Of a stretch of 35,402 nucleotides of DNA, positions 1-10,087 are shown piece after piece (within the stretch, counting starts at the first letter, position 1; every line of letters starts with the position of its first letter). Made by a program: the position numbers and the translations under genes. The stretch covers positions 18,646,031 through 18,681,432 of the forward strand of contig NC_068989.1 in NCBI RefSeq assembly GCF_001194135.2. Direction: 5' to 3'. This stretch comes from Octopus bimaculoides. Lineage: Eukaryota. The notes under the pieces were generated by a model. It was not told the DNA's origin and did no database searches. It saw nothing but the letters and a program-made list of their open reading frames with translations.

Positions 1-110
1 GCCAGTTTTTAAAAAATGAACATAAAACAGAGAAACAAATGAACAGGATTTTCATAGACAATAGTCTGTACCCACTCATAAAGCGAGATTTATATATCTT
101 AATTTGCAGT

Positions 111-186
111 GGGTAGTTTAGCTTAATCGGTCAAAGCATCGTGACATGTAATCACGGGGATGTGAGTTCGAGTTCACAGCTAGCCA
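111..186 (+). tRNA. tRNA-like sequence (Thr-TGT-like), probably a pseudogene or SINE head
   Basis: Folds as a cloverleaf: acceptor GG(G)TAGTT/AGCTAGCC with one mismatch, D stem GCTT/AAGC, anticodon stem TCGTGA/TCACGG around loop CA-TGT-AA, T arm GTGAG-TTCGAGT-TCAC. Defects are A instead of U33 and a T-stem 3' strand one base short. Confidence 0.45.
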
Positions 187-517
187 CCTACACTTTTCTC
201 TGCAAAATAGGGATAGTTTATCCTGTTCAAGCTATATTATTAGCATTATTCTGCAATTGAGAATTTAAAATCACTTCTTTAACTTTCTAAAAGACATCTC
301 AACGCTTCTAAAAGCAAACTTTGTTTGTTTATTTACGTTTGTCGTAATTTGAATTTATCACTAATAAAATTTATATACACACACACACGTGTGTGTGTGA
401 GAGAGAAAGATAATGTATTCAATATGGAACTTTCAAAACAATCAAAGGAAGATTAAGTAACAACAAAATTAAATAAAAAAAAAAGAAAGAACGGTTTGAA
501 TTCTTTTGTTATAAATG

Positions 518-523
518 TTTATT
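518..523 (-). promoter_or_regulatory. Polyadenylation signal AATAAA for UROD (probable)
   Basis: TTTATT on + strand, about 89 nt downstream of the UROD stop codon on the minus strand. Confidence 0.55.
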
Positions 524-611
524 TTTAATTTCGTTCTGTATTCATTTTTTGTGAGAGAAGACGACGAAGACAGATGTCATGGAAAGACATTAGAATCATG
601 ACTATAGCATG

Positions 612-776
612 TCACTCGGGTTTGTTCATAAGTTTGGAATGTTTGTGAACAGCATCCACAAAAGCACCTAAATGATCAGGTTGGAAATCTGGGTACATTC
701 CATGACCCAAATTAGCAATGTAACGATGTGTACCAAATTTCTTCAACATAGTTTTTACATAAATTTCAATTTCATC
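612..776 (-). CDS. UROD: Uroporphyrinogen decarboxylase, exon 10 (last)
   Basis: tttttcatttttag acceptor, phase 0. Encodes [54 protein letters not shown] then TGA; contains the conserved ANLGHG motif. Confidence 0.97.
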   Translation of the reverse strand, partial: DEIEIYVKTMLKKFGTHRYIANLGHGMYPDFQPDHLGAFVDAVHKHSKLMNKPE

Positions 777-1308
777 CTAAAAATGAAAAATAAAAGATTT
801 AATCTCAATTAATTTCATTTGTATTTTTACACTGAAATAAGTGAGGTCAATAATAACAATGTTTGGTCCAGATGTGACCCATAATACAAAAGGTTGTGGG
901 AGTACATTAAAGTCGTCGTTCTTTTTGTATAGCTTAGTCAGAGTACAGTACCTTTGACAGGACAGTACCTTTGACCCATCTTATTGCTTTATCTTTAGAC
1001 ACTGAGACCTAGCTTAAAATTCCCATAACAGAGACGACTCTAATCAGGTAGTGGCATTAGATTGGTCTATCACCCTGGACATGTCTCTACTACAATACAG
1101 CTTATTCCAAGCTACATCCATGGAAAGAAGTGGACACTATAAACTATCAAAACAGTCATAAACTACACAATTTCTCTGTTCATGCTAGAGCAAGTATTTG
1201 AGCAAGGTATTCTTGAAAAGGAGGTAGAGGTGACCGTTATCCTCTAACTAAGGTGGAATGAGTCATTAAAAGAGCACCAATGCTAGAATAATGGTAATAA
1301 ATAATAGA

Positions 1309-1499
1309 CCTTTCTACTAAAAGCACAAGTTCTGAAATTTTTGGGGAGGAGACTAGTTGATTACATCGACACCAGTTTTTCACTGGTACTTAATTTATCA
1401 ACCCCGAAAGGATGAAAGACAAAGTCACTGAAATCAGAACATAGCAACAGGCAAAATATCACTAAGCATTTTGTCCAGTATGCTAACCATTCTACCAGT
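1309..1499 (-). mobile_element. tRNA-derived SINE, family A (CTTTCATCCTTTCGGGGTCGATAAATTAAGTACCAG core), degenerate
   Basis: Reverse complement matches the family core seen in many copies across the window. Confidence 0.8.
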
Positions 1500-1504
1500 A
1501 ATAG

Positions 1505-1780
1505 TGGTGGTCTCTTGAATCTGACAAAGACAGTTCTGCGATTTCTCGCCGAACAACCTGCACAGACGATTTGTTTATAGTGATCAAATGTTTGTGCAGC
1601 ATATTAGATCACTTCCTCCATCGAATCAAAATTTTGAAGAAATGTATAGTTTGTCACACATCGGATGTTGAAGTGATTACAGAGCAATGTGGGATAAAGT
1701 GTTTTGCTCAAGACCTGATCCAAGAATTGAACTCACAGTCTGACTAAGTGTAACACACTAACCACAAGGCCATGCACAAT
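1505..1780 (-). mobile_element. SINE, family C variant, degenerate
   Basis: Shares ACCTGCACA..GAT.TGTTTATAGTGATCAAATGTTT and the tRNA-like head with the copy at 6120-6385. Confidence 0.6.
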
Positions 1781-1927
1781 AATTTGAATACCAAACTACA
1801 AACTGCTGACCAATAGTCAGTCAATAGGCCATCGTCTCAACTTGACCAGCTTTGAGTCTCCCCATTTGAGAAAAAATCCAGTAAATAGCAGAATCAGTAG
1901 AGCATCAAAGCATCCTACAATATTTAT

Positions 1928-2056
1928 CTGCCAAGGTCGACTTTGCCTTCCATCCTTTCAGGGTCGATAAATTAAGTACCAGTTGCATACTGGAGTTGAT
2001 CTAATCGACTGGCCCCTTCCCCAAAAATTTCAGTGCCTAGAGTAGAAAAGAATATT
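1928..2056 (+). mobile_element. SINE family A, 5'-truncated
   Basis: GGTCGACTTTGCCTTCCATCCTTTCAGGGTCGATAAATTAAGTACCAG core and AGTAGAAAAGAATATT tail. Confidence 0.85.
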
Positions 2057-2631
2057 TAGTTACATTCCTTTACAAGTCATATTCAAATCCTGTTGAGGAT
2101 GTCTTTTGCTTTTCATCCTTTTAGGGCTGAAAAATAGTACCACTAATACACTGGGAACTAATTCAATCAACTACACCTTACTCTATATCCTTCTGTGGCC
2201 TTGTAGCAATGTAAAAAGAAAATATCATTATTGGTATGGCTATGTCACTAAAGACTGGGTTCTTGTATACACTTCTGCTACTTTCTTGGAGATAATTACT
2301 GTAAATTACCCATATTAGGCCTCTCTTTAATTTCTAAAAAACTTTCACTGGCAGAATATAGTGCAAGTTAGAGACACTGACTATCTGAGGTAACCAGAAT
2401 CTTGCCAATAATAATGCAATTTAGAGAGAAAAAAAAAACAAAGAAAATTCATAAAAAAAGAAACAAATAATGTTCCGTGGCTCAGGAATTCTTTTAACAG
2501 ATCACCTGACTTTTGATGAAAGATGACCAGATAACCTTTTGATAAACATACAGTCTTTAGATGTAAGATGACTAAAGATGAACAGATGACCATTTCAGTG
2601 TTTGTGGTTTTACCTGTTTCCAAAACTCATT

Positions 2632-2873
2632 CAGTCAAAGCCAAAAGTTTAGAACACTTTTTTTAAAGATTAAAATTGTTATGGTCAAGTACAATTCAAT
2701 TCAAATATATACATCATGGAGATAACTGATCAAATGGTTCAATTCTAATTTTCAGACCTATGTTCCAAACTTTTGGCCAAATAATAATATATCGCAAATT
2801 AAATATAACTTTGGGCATTTAATATAAAAATTTTAATTTTCAGACCTATGTTTTAAACTTTTGGCCACGACGG
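2632..2873. mobile_element. Tc1-like MITE relic
   Basis: Imperfect TIRs CAGTCAAAGCCAAAAGTTTAGAACA (2632) and TGTTTTAAACTTTTGGCCACGACGG (to 2873, 20/25 match), followed by TA. The right end is internally duplicated (about 2746-2780). Confidence 0.5.
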
Positions 2874-2962
2874 TATTTCACCTCCAATGTATTCTACTGA
2901 AATGGTTCCTCACCAGGAAATAAGAAACAAACAACAATGAAATGTAAAGTGCCAAAACTTAC

Positions 2963-3029
2963 CTTTGAAGCATAGAGGGCACAAGGATCAAGATTACCTT
3001 GTAAAGATACACGGGACTCTGTCTGTTCT
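2963..3029 (-). CDS. UROD: Uroporphyrinogen decarboxylase, exon 9
   Basis: 67 nt; tttttttgcag acceptor and GTAAGT donor. Encodes (R)EQTESRVSLQGNLDPCALYASK with the LQGNLDP motif. Confidence 0.97.
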
Positions 3030-3194
3030 CTGCAAAAAAAAAGAGATATTAAAGTAATAAGTACAGGTGAACAGCAACGTCTGGTCTCTCATTCAGACCA
3101 AATCTACCTTATTCCCTTCTACTGTAACCACAACCTACAAATATTCAGAAGCAGACTGGATAATGGTGTGTGTGTGAGCATGTGTGCGCATGTC

Positions 3195-3245
<51 letters not shown>

Positions 3246-3906
3246 GAAAGAGAGAATATAACATGCCCAAACTGCAATATTACAATAAAACATTGTAATA
3301 AACATTGAAATTACACACAAATAACCACCTTCAGCCATATTAGGTCTTAGAAACATAGGGAAGATGCTAGTAATTACTAAATTTGAGACAAAGACCTTGT
3401 GAAAAGATACACATGTTCAAATTGACCAGATCTGACCTCTCACACCTACCCTACAATGTCATTCTAAAAGTAAATAGTTATATTATCAAAAGCTCAAAGC
3501 TACAAGATAGTGCATGATTAACTCAAAACAATGTGAATAAATAAGAATTATATTTGATTTGGTAATCTGAATGACAAAGGGTTAAACTTCAGAAAATTAA
3601 ATTGGTAGACCAAAACTTTGCCAGATCAATTCATGCCTTTAAGGCTTTAAAAAGATAATACCAATTTCTCACAATAGCACAAAGCTGCAAATGTTTGTGG
3701 GAGGGACACAGTTGGTTTAATTGATTCCCAAGGTTGAAAAGCAGAATTTGAACTCTGAACTTAAAAGGGCAAAGCATTATTTCAAGAGTTCTACTGATTC
3801 TAGCATTCCACCATTTGTTTTATAAGGTAATAAAGAATAAGGTTTTGGTTTTGTATTTGGCTTGTAAAATTCTTTGTGTTGAAACAGATTTTGATGTATT
3901 CTCAGT

Positions 3907-4252
3907 AGGGTCATTATGCCAATAAAAAGACACACACTGGTTCACTTTCACATCATTATTATTCGTCAATTGTTTAACTATTTAACCAGCTAACTGATAC
4001 ATTATTTGATTAATCATTCAGTTAATCAATCAATCAATTATGAAGCTGACCAGGAGTAGAGAAGGCATGTCATTGAAGAGGTCGTGTTTAATGACAAAAG
4101 GGCTTTGACAAACATAACTGATTGATAGATTATCACTGAATGATTAGTCAAATAATCGATTAATAAGTGGGTTAAATAGTTAACCAATTGACGAATAATA
4201 AAGAAATAATATTAAACCAGTATATATGTTTATTATTGGCATAAACGACCCT
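3907..4252. mobile_element. Palindromic MITE/foldback element with about 150-bp imperfect inverted arms
   Basis: AGGGTC..TTATGCCAATAA, TATTATTCGTCAATTG, TTAACTATTTAACC and ATTATTTGA.TAATCATTCAGT blocks all recur as reverse complements in the right half. No TSD recognised. Confidence 0.75.
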
Positions 4253-4288
4253 CCAGAGAGATAAAACAAAAAATAAAAGTTCTCTCAC

Positions 4289-4389
4289 CTTCCTGTCAAA
4301 GGATCTATAGTCCAATCAAGGGAGACAACTTCATAACCACTCTGACTCAGTTGTTGAAGAGCAAAATGGGCATCTTTAGCAAAAATTAT
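4289..4389 (-). CDS. UROD: Uroporphyrinogen decarboxylase, exon 8
   Basis: 101 nt; ccatttcag acceptor and GTGAGA donor. Encodes [34 protein letters not shown]. Confidence 0.97.
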
Positions 4390-4539
4390 CTGAAATGGTA
4401 AAAAATGAAATTTCTGTTAATGAGATTGAAAAATAAAGAGAAGAGAGTGTGAATAGTGTTGGAGAATAACCAAAGATTTCTTTCAGTCTTCAGTTCACTA
4501 TAAAAATTCTTAAGGTAGCTATATAAAGTGGCAGGCAAT

Positions 4540-4690
4540 AGGAAGAGTATCCAGCTTGTAGAAACTAAGCCAGTTTATAGAAGCAGCAGCTCCCAACAGG
4601 AGATGACTTGTCCAACCCATACCAGCATGGAAAGCAAAAGTAAAAATGAAAATGATGATAATGATGGATGACAACGATGATGATGATGAA
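4540..4690 (+). mobile_element. SINE family B 3' fragment with (ATG)n tail, degenerate
   Basis: TATCCAGCT.GTAGAAACT and GTCCAACCCAT.CCAGCATGGAAAGC followed by GATGAT repeats, as at 7170-7312. Confidence 0.65.
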
Positions 4691-4697
4691 TACTGAC

Positions 4698-4835
4698 CAT
4701 AGGAACATTCTGAAGCTTTTGTTCTTTTAATTTAGCTCTTACATTCTCAGCGATTCTTCGGATACATGGCAAGGCATACTTAAAGAACAGGTCAGGTCCA
4801 AGGATCCCAGCATGAGATTCAAAAAGCTGCAGCAG
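4698..4835 (-). CDS. UROD: Uroporphyrinogen decarboxylase, exon 7
   Basis: 138 nt; tttttaatttttag acceptor and GTCAGT donor. Encodes [46 protein letters not shown] with the QLFESHAG motif. Confidence 0.97.
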
Positions 4836-5065
4836 CTAAAAATTAAAAATAACAAATTAGGTTTGACATTTTAGATATTTCTTTTAATTATAAAGCAAAG
4901 ATGCATCACAAAAATATAAGTAACAAGTGTATCTCAAAGTATGTTGTTCGTCAGTCAGTCCAACAAGGACGCTCTAACCATAAGTATAATGAAAAGTAGT
5001 AAAACACAAAGTAACGACAATGTAAAGTTTCCTTTTGTAATTTGTTGTCTTAAGTAAGACATAAT

Positions 5066-5258
5066 TGTTAGCACTCTGGGCAAAATGCTTAGCAGTATTT
5101 CATGTCTTTACATTCTGAGTTCAAATTCTACCAAGGTCGATTTTACCTTTCGTCCTTTCAGGGATGAGAAAATAAAGTACCAGTTGAGCACTGGGGTTGG
5201 TGTAATCAACTTACTCCTTCCCTGAAATTGCTGGCCTTGTACCAAAATTTGAAACCAA
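5066..5258 (+). mobile_element. SINE family A
   Basis: GGGCAAAATGCTTAGC head, GTTCAAATTC B-box-like motif and family core. Confidence 0.8.
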
Positions 5259-5640
5259 TTTTTCTTTCTTCCCTTTTTTTTCTTCACAAGTGCATGTGTG
5301 TGCACATACACAGAAACACAATGCTAGAAGTACTTTTCCTTTCTTTGCATACACCTTATATATATATATTTAATCCTTTATAGTGAACACTCAATATTTC
5401 ATATATTCAATAAGACATATTCCATATATTCAATAAGATATTCAATACTTCATTTCATTGTACCATCCATTTTTATATTATATATTATATATGCCATATT
5501 CCATATCCCACATTAATTTTACAAGAATATAAATAAAACATAAAAAACAGACAGAGTTGGAACTCTTTTAAATAAAATAATATATTCCTCTATACACAAT
5601 CATACAAAACTCCTTTTTTTGTATTTATTTTTACTCACAC

Positions 5641-5677
<37 letters not shown>

Positions 5678-5778
5678 TGCACACACATGCATGCAGAGTG
5701 CAATGAGAGAAGGCTACAACTCAGGTTACAAAGAGAAAAAAAAGAGATAAAAGGCGATATAAAGAAAAGGATTCTAAC

Positions 5779-5940
5779 CTGTGCACCTGCTTTAACTTGA
5801 GCAACAAAATAATTGACAATTACATGTTCCAAAATTTCTAGAAGCTCCACACTGGCTTCTGGAAGTGTGTACAACCATTTCTTTGATTTGGATGCAGTGG
5901 AAGAACTACCTCCTTCAATCATATAAAACATAAGTGTCCA
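5779..5940 (-). CDS. UROD: Uroporphyrinogen decarboxylase, exon 6
   Basis: 162 nt; tctcttacag acceptor and GTTAGA donor. Encodes WTLMFYMIEGGSSSTASKSKKWLYTLPEASVELLEILEHVIVNYFVAQVKAGAQ. Confidence 0.97.
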
Positions 5941-6119
5941 CTGTAAGAGAAAGTAGACATAATATTTCATAGAGAGATGTTACAGCAAGTAGACACAATG
6001 ATTATCAAGGGAAATGACTGTAAGAAGAGACAATACCAAAAGACACAAAATAAATGAAGAGATATAACAATAAGCAAAGACAAAATTTACAAAAGAGATA
6101 TAATTCATGCTTGGTCAAG

Positions 6120-6385
6120 CAATTTCATGCTTGACCAACCTGCACAAATGATCTGTTTATAGTGATCAAATGTTTATGCTGTATACATTAGCTCACTTTC
6201 TCCATCAACTGAACATTGCCTATATAAGTACATGGTGTGTCGCACATCAAATGCTGAGTGATCGCCGAGCAACAGCAACATGAAGTGAAGCGTTTTACTC
6301 AAGAACACAACACACTACTCAGTCTGAGAATGAAAACCATGATCTCACAATCAGGAATACAACATCCTAACTACTAAGCCATACA
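6120..6385 (-). mobile_element. SINE, family C variant, degenerate
   Basis: Homologous to 1505-1780; tRNA-like head at the high-coordinate end. Confidence 0.6.

Positions 6386-6387
<2 letters not shown>

Positions 6388-6443
<56 letters not shown>
6388..6443. repeat. (TA)n microsatellite
   Basis: About 28 perfect TA units. Confidence 0.95.
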
Positions 6444-6445
<2 letters not shown>

Positions 6446-6539
6446 TATACAGACTTGGAAACAGCTTGCTATTGCAAGTGCAGTTAGTTGAAAACTCTGA
6501 ATACTGGATGCCAATAGGCTTCACAGGGTCATCAGGAGA

Positions 6540-6700
6540 AAATGTACACTTTTTTTGGGCCTTCTTTTAACAATTTTACAGCACATCCCTGGACGGTTTC
6601 CAGCAGATCAATATTCTGGACAAGATGGGCGTTCCATACTGGAAATGCAAACTCTAAGTGTGGATGTACTATAGACATTGAATTAATGCCAATAATACAT
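6540..6700 (-). mobile_element. CR1/L2-clade LINE ORF2 C-terminal fragment
   Basis: Translates IVHPHLEFAFPVWNAHLVQNIDLLETVQGCAVKLL, matching the CR1/L2 post-RT motif LVRPHLEY...VW.P....DI..LE.VQ.RA.K. Confidence 0.7.
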
Positions 6701-6744
6701 TTTGGAATTTGAAATTTGAAATCTGAAATCGAAATCGAACCGAA

Positions 6745-7312
6745 TCTGACGACTGGCACCCATGCCAACCTCTCCTTCATTGGACACTAAACTCTGCTTC
6801 CAAAGACCTGTTTGGGCAAGTGAAATCGTAATTGAACCATACTCGATGACTGGTCACCGCGCCAGTGGAGCACTAACAGCACTGTTCAGCGTGTTCATTG
6901 CCAGAGCAGCTATCTGGCTTTCATGCTAGTGGCCCGTAAATAGCACCATTAGAGCGTAATCGTTACCAGAGTTGCCTTCTAGCACTTGTGCTGGTGGCAT
7001 GTTAGAAACTCATTCGAGTGAGGTTGTTGCCAGTGCTGCTGGACTGGCTCCTGTGCAGGTGGCACGTAAAAAACATCTTTTTGAGCGTGGCCATTGCCAG
7101 TACCGTGTGACTGGCCCTCGTGCCGGTGGCACGTAAAAGCACCCACTACACTCTTGGAGTGGTTGGTGTTAGGAAGGGTATCCAGCTGTAGAAACTCTGC
7201 CAGATCAGATTGGAGCCTAATGCAGCCATCTGGTTCGCCAGTCCTCAGTCAAATCGTCCAACCCATGCTAGCATGGAAAGCGGACGTTAAACGATGATGA
7301 TGATGATGATGA
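6745..7312 (+). mobile_element. SINE family B (RTE-type GATGAT tail), long copy
   Basis: Ends CATGGAAAGCGGACGTTAAACGATGATGATGATGATGATGA; homologous to copies at 10088, 11690 and 16700. Confidence 0.85.
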
Positions 7313-7423
7313 ATACATTGTCTTCAAAGGATGAAAAATAAAAGAAAAATAGCAAAAGAAAATTCTTATGAAAGCTTTTGAGCTTTTCTTCTCAAAGATG
7401 TTCTCTAAAATCTGAGTACTTAC

Positions 7424-7585
7424 TGGAGCTCCAGAAAATCCAATGAGAGGAACTTTTCCTTCAAGCTTATGCCGAGTTAGTGTAATGGCTTCAAATACAT
7501 AACTAAGTGCATCATTCACATTTACATTTTTATTCAACTTCTCAAGATCTTCAGGTTTTCTTAAAGGTTCTGGAAATGTTGGTCC
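7424..7585 (-). CDS. UROD: Uroporphyrinogen decarboxylase, exon 5
   Basis: 162 nt; ttgttttttcag acceptor and GTAAGT donor. Encodes [54 protein letters not shown]. Confidence 0.97.
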
Positions 7586-7619
7586 CTGAAAAAACAAAAA
7601 TGGTAAAAACAGAAATAGA

Positions 7620-7830
7620 ACACACACAACGTAAGAACCCAAATCACACATACTTACAACACATTGCATGCATATACATACCACATACCATGCACACATA
7701 TACAACATACCACAACACACATAGACATGCACCATACCAGCACACATACATGGCATGCCCACCACCACATTATACACACACACCACTACCATCACCATAC
7801 ACACATACAACATAGCACATAGTCACATAT
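7620..7830. repeat. Degenerate CA/CAT-rich low-complexity repeat
   Basis: Irregular CACACAT/CATAC units; source of the spurious extensions of ORFs 7268-7813 and 7507-7815. Confidence 0.8.
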
Positions 7831-7933
7831 AGACACATAATGTTACAATAAAATTTAGTGACAAATAACACAAAGTAAAGACCCCATCCCACAACAAAAA
7901 ACTCAAAAATCCAAGATAAAAAAAAAAACTGAC

Positions 7934-8032
7934 CTTCTCTGGCACCATTTCCACAGTCATTCCAAGAGCTTGAGGAATAACAAGGATGTCAGAGAAAATA
8001 ATGGCGGCATCCAGAGCAAAACGTTTTATAGG
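7934..8032 (-). CDS. UROD: Uroporphyrinogen decarboxylase, exon 4
   Basis: 99 nt; tttcttctccag acceptor and GTCAGT donor. Encodes [33 protein letters not shown] with the catalytic Asp in FSDIL. Confidence 0.97.
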
Positions 8033-8337
8033 CTGGAGAAGAAACAAAGAAAATATATACAAAACATGTATGATTATAAGATTTTAAACTTCATCTACTC
8101 CGTGATTCAATCAATTTGATCGCTAATCATTATCTAGTGTTTCTGGTTAAGTACATGGTGTTAATAAATAGGGACATAGAGGATAAAAATCTGACCACTC
8201 TTGGTTTAGAAATAAAGTTCTTAGTCTGACTTCAGCCTAGGACTAAAATACCAAAAGATTAGGAGATCAAAGCAGGCTGCTGCCTCACTTTTGCTCAAAA
8301 ACACAAAGCTTCACCTGATTCAGAAATCGAAACCATC

Positions 8338-8439
8338 GATCATGAGTCACTAAAAAGATCATGAGTCACTATGATCATGAGTCACTACGATCATGAGTCA
8401 CTACGATCATGAGTCACTATGATCATGAGTCACTAAAAA
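8338..8439. repeat. Six-copy tandem repeat of GATCATGAGTCACTA (16-19 bp units), each containing TGAGTCA
   Basis: Units start at 8338, 8357, 8373, 8389, 8405 and 8421; the 15-bp core is identical in all six. Confidence 0.95.
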
Positions 8440-8638
8440 GAAAGGCATGAATATTGCTACATTCCATTTATCACCCCCAACTTCTACATTTGAAGTTTTG
8501 TGTCCATTTGAGAAATAACTACGCAACGTTATATATGTTGTAGTAGGAAAGAAGTTTAATTTTCACTACCACTGCTATCACCCCTAACAACCAAGCTCAC
8601 CATCAACACCACCACCTCTCACTTCTCATACTAGTATA

Positions 8639-9003
8639 TGTTGTTGTTGGCACTCCGTCGAGGTTTCCAGTTGATCCGATCAACGGAACAGCCTGCTCGT
8701 GAAATTAACGTGCAAGTGGCTGAGCACTCCACAGACACGTGTCCCCTTAACGTAGTTCTCGGGGATATTCAGCGTGACACAGTGTGACAAGGCTGACCCT
8801 TTGAATTACAGGCACAACAGAAACAGGAAGTAAGAGTGAGAGAAAGAGTACAGCAGGGTTCGCCACCATCCCCTGCCGGAGCCTTGTGGAGCTTTTAGGT
8901 GTTTTCGCTCAATAAACACTTACAACATCCGGTCTGGGAATCGAAACTGCGATCCTATGACCGCGAGTCCATTGCCCTAACCACTGAGCCATTGCGCCTC
9001 CAC
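8639..9003 (-). mobile_element. Near full-length tRNA-derived SINE (family C) with 12-bp TSD
   Basis: A box TGGCTCAGTGG and B box GTTTCGATTCC on the minus strand, (CAA)n tail, and identical flanks CATACTAGTATA at 8627-8638 and 9004-9015. Confidence 0.9.
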
Positions 9004-9589
9004 CATACTAGTATAACATCGTATAATACACACACACACACACATGAAGGTGAGTAGGAATGTAATGAAAATAACTGCATTACTTTCTGACTCCCTGTAT
9101 ATATAGAGAGTAGGTTAAAAGTCATGTATGAAAATATTTGACATTTTATTTACATTACATTATCATTATTATTTATTTTGTTCATCATGTACAAGTACAT
9201 AGCATTCATCATTATTTTATTCAGTTTGAGAAAAATTGAAGCATGTCTTTGACAATTTAAGAACATATTGAAAATATTTTGTGAATGACTTCTGGCCCAC
9301 CTTGTGCATGCATGCGTGTGTGTTTGAAGAACAAGCTAACTCATGGCAGACAGCATAGTGAACTATTTAAGTAAATCCAATATTATTTCTACCATAATAA
9401 TAGTCAAGATGGTATTGGTGAAGGCGATATTGATTTTAAAAAAGTTCTTGGCTTATAACAGATAGAGTGTAGCCCTTCAAAGATATGTTATTGTAAAAGT
9501 CAAAATAAGAAGGCAATAGTTATGACAATGCTTAAACAATACAGGATAAAGGAATCTTTAAATAAACGTTAAGTGTAATGATGGCTCAC

Positions 9590-9669
9590 CTGGAGTGTAA
9601 CTTCACATGCCAGAGAAGGAGTCTGGCATACTTCAAAAAATGAATGTTTTGCCCTCACTTCTTTAAATT
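9590..9669 (-). CDS. UROD: Uroporphyrinogen decarboxylase, exon 3
   Basis: 80 nt; ttattttctacag acceptor and GTGAGC donor, phase 1 to 0. Encodes (E)FKEVRAKHSFFEVCQTPSLACEVTLQ. Confidence 0.97.
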
Positions 9670-9924
9670 CTGTAGAAAATAATTCAAAATCAAAATAAGG
9701 ATAATTGTGATAAAGCACCAGGCTTTCAGTAAAAGAATGTAATATTGTTGATGGAGCTAGTTATAAGTATGGTAACATTGCTTATTTTATTGACCCTAGT
9801 GTGATGTTTAGGGAATGATATCACTTGGTACCCACAGTGTTACCATTTACTTAACATTTGCTGACAGAGGTATGAATAATAACAATAACAATAGATTCTG
9901 ATTGAAACACAATGCCTAAATCAG

Positions 9925-10085
9925 GAAACTATGTGAGAGTAGGAGGTCAGTTGGTTACATCAACTCCAGTACTTAACTGATACTTTATTTTATCACTCCC
10001 AGAAGAATTAAAGACAAAGTTGACTTCAGAGGGATTCGAGCTGAGGATGTAATGAGGTGAAGAAAATACCACAAAGCATTTCATT
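9925..10085 (-). mobile_element. SINE family A, degenerate
   Basis: CCAGTACTTAACTGATACTTTATTTTATCACTCCCAGAAG..AAAGACAAAGTTGAC is the reverse complement of the family core. Confidence 0.7.
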
Positions 10086-10087
10086 CA

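Noticed and set aside
2106-2623. Short ORFs 2106-2318 (+) and 2381-2623 (-) in UROD intron 9
   Set aside because: No homology or splice support; partly overlap SINE and MITE relics.
8338-8439. Tandem repeat as a CRISPR-like array
   Set aside because: No unique spacers (1-4 nt only), eukaryotic intron context and no cas genes.
9060-9305. Possible Tc1/mariner MITE ends (CATTACTTTCTGACTCCCTGTA and neighbours)
   Set aside because: Too degenerate to define boundaries or a TSD.
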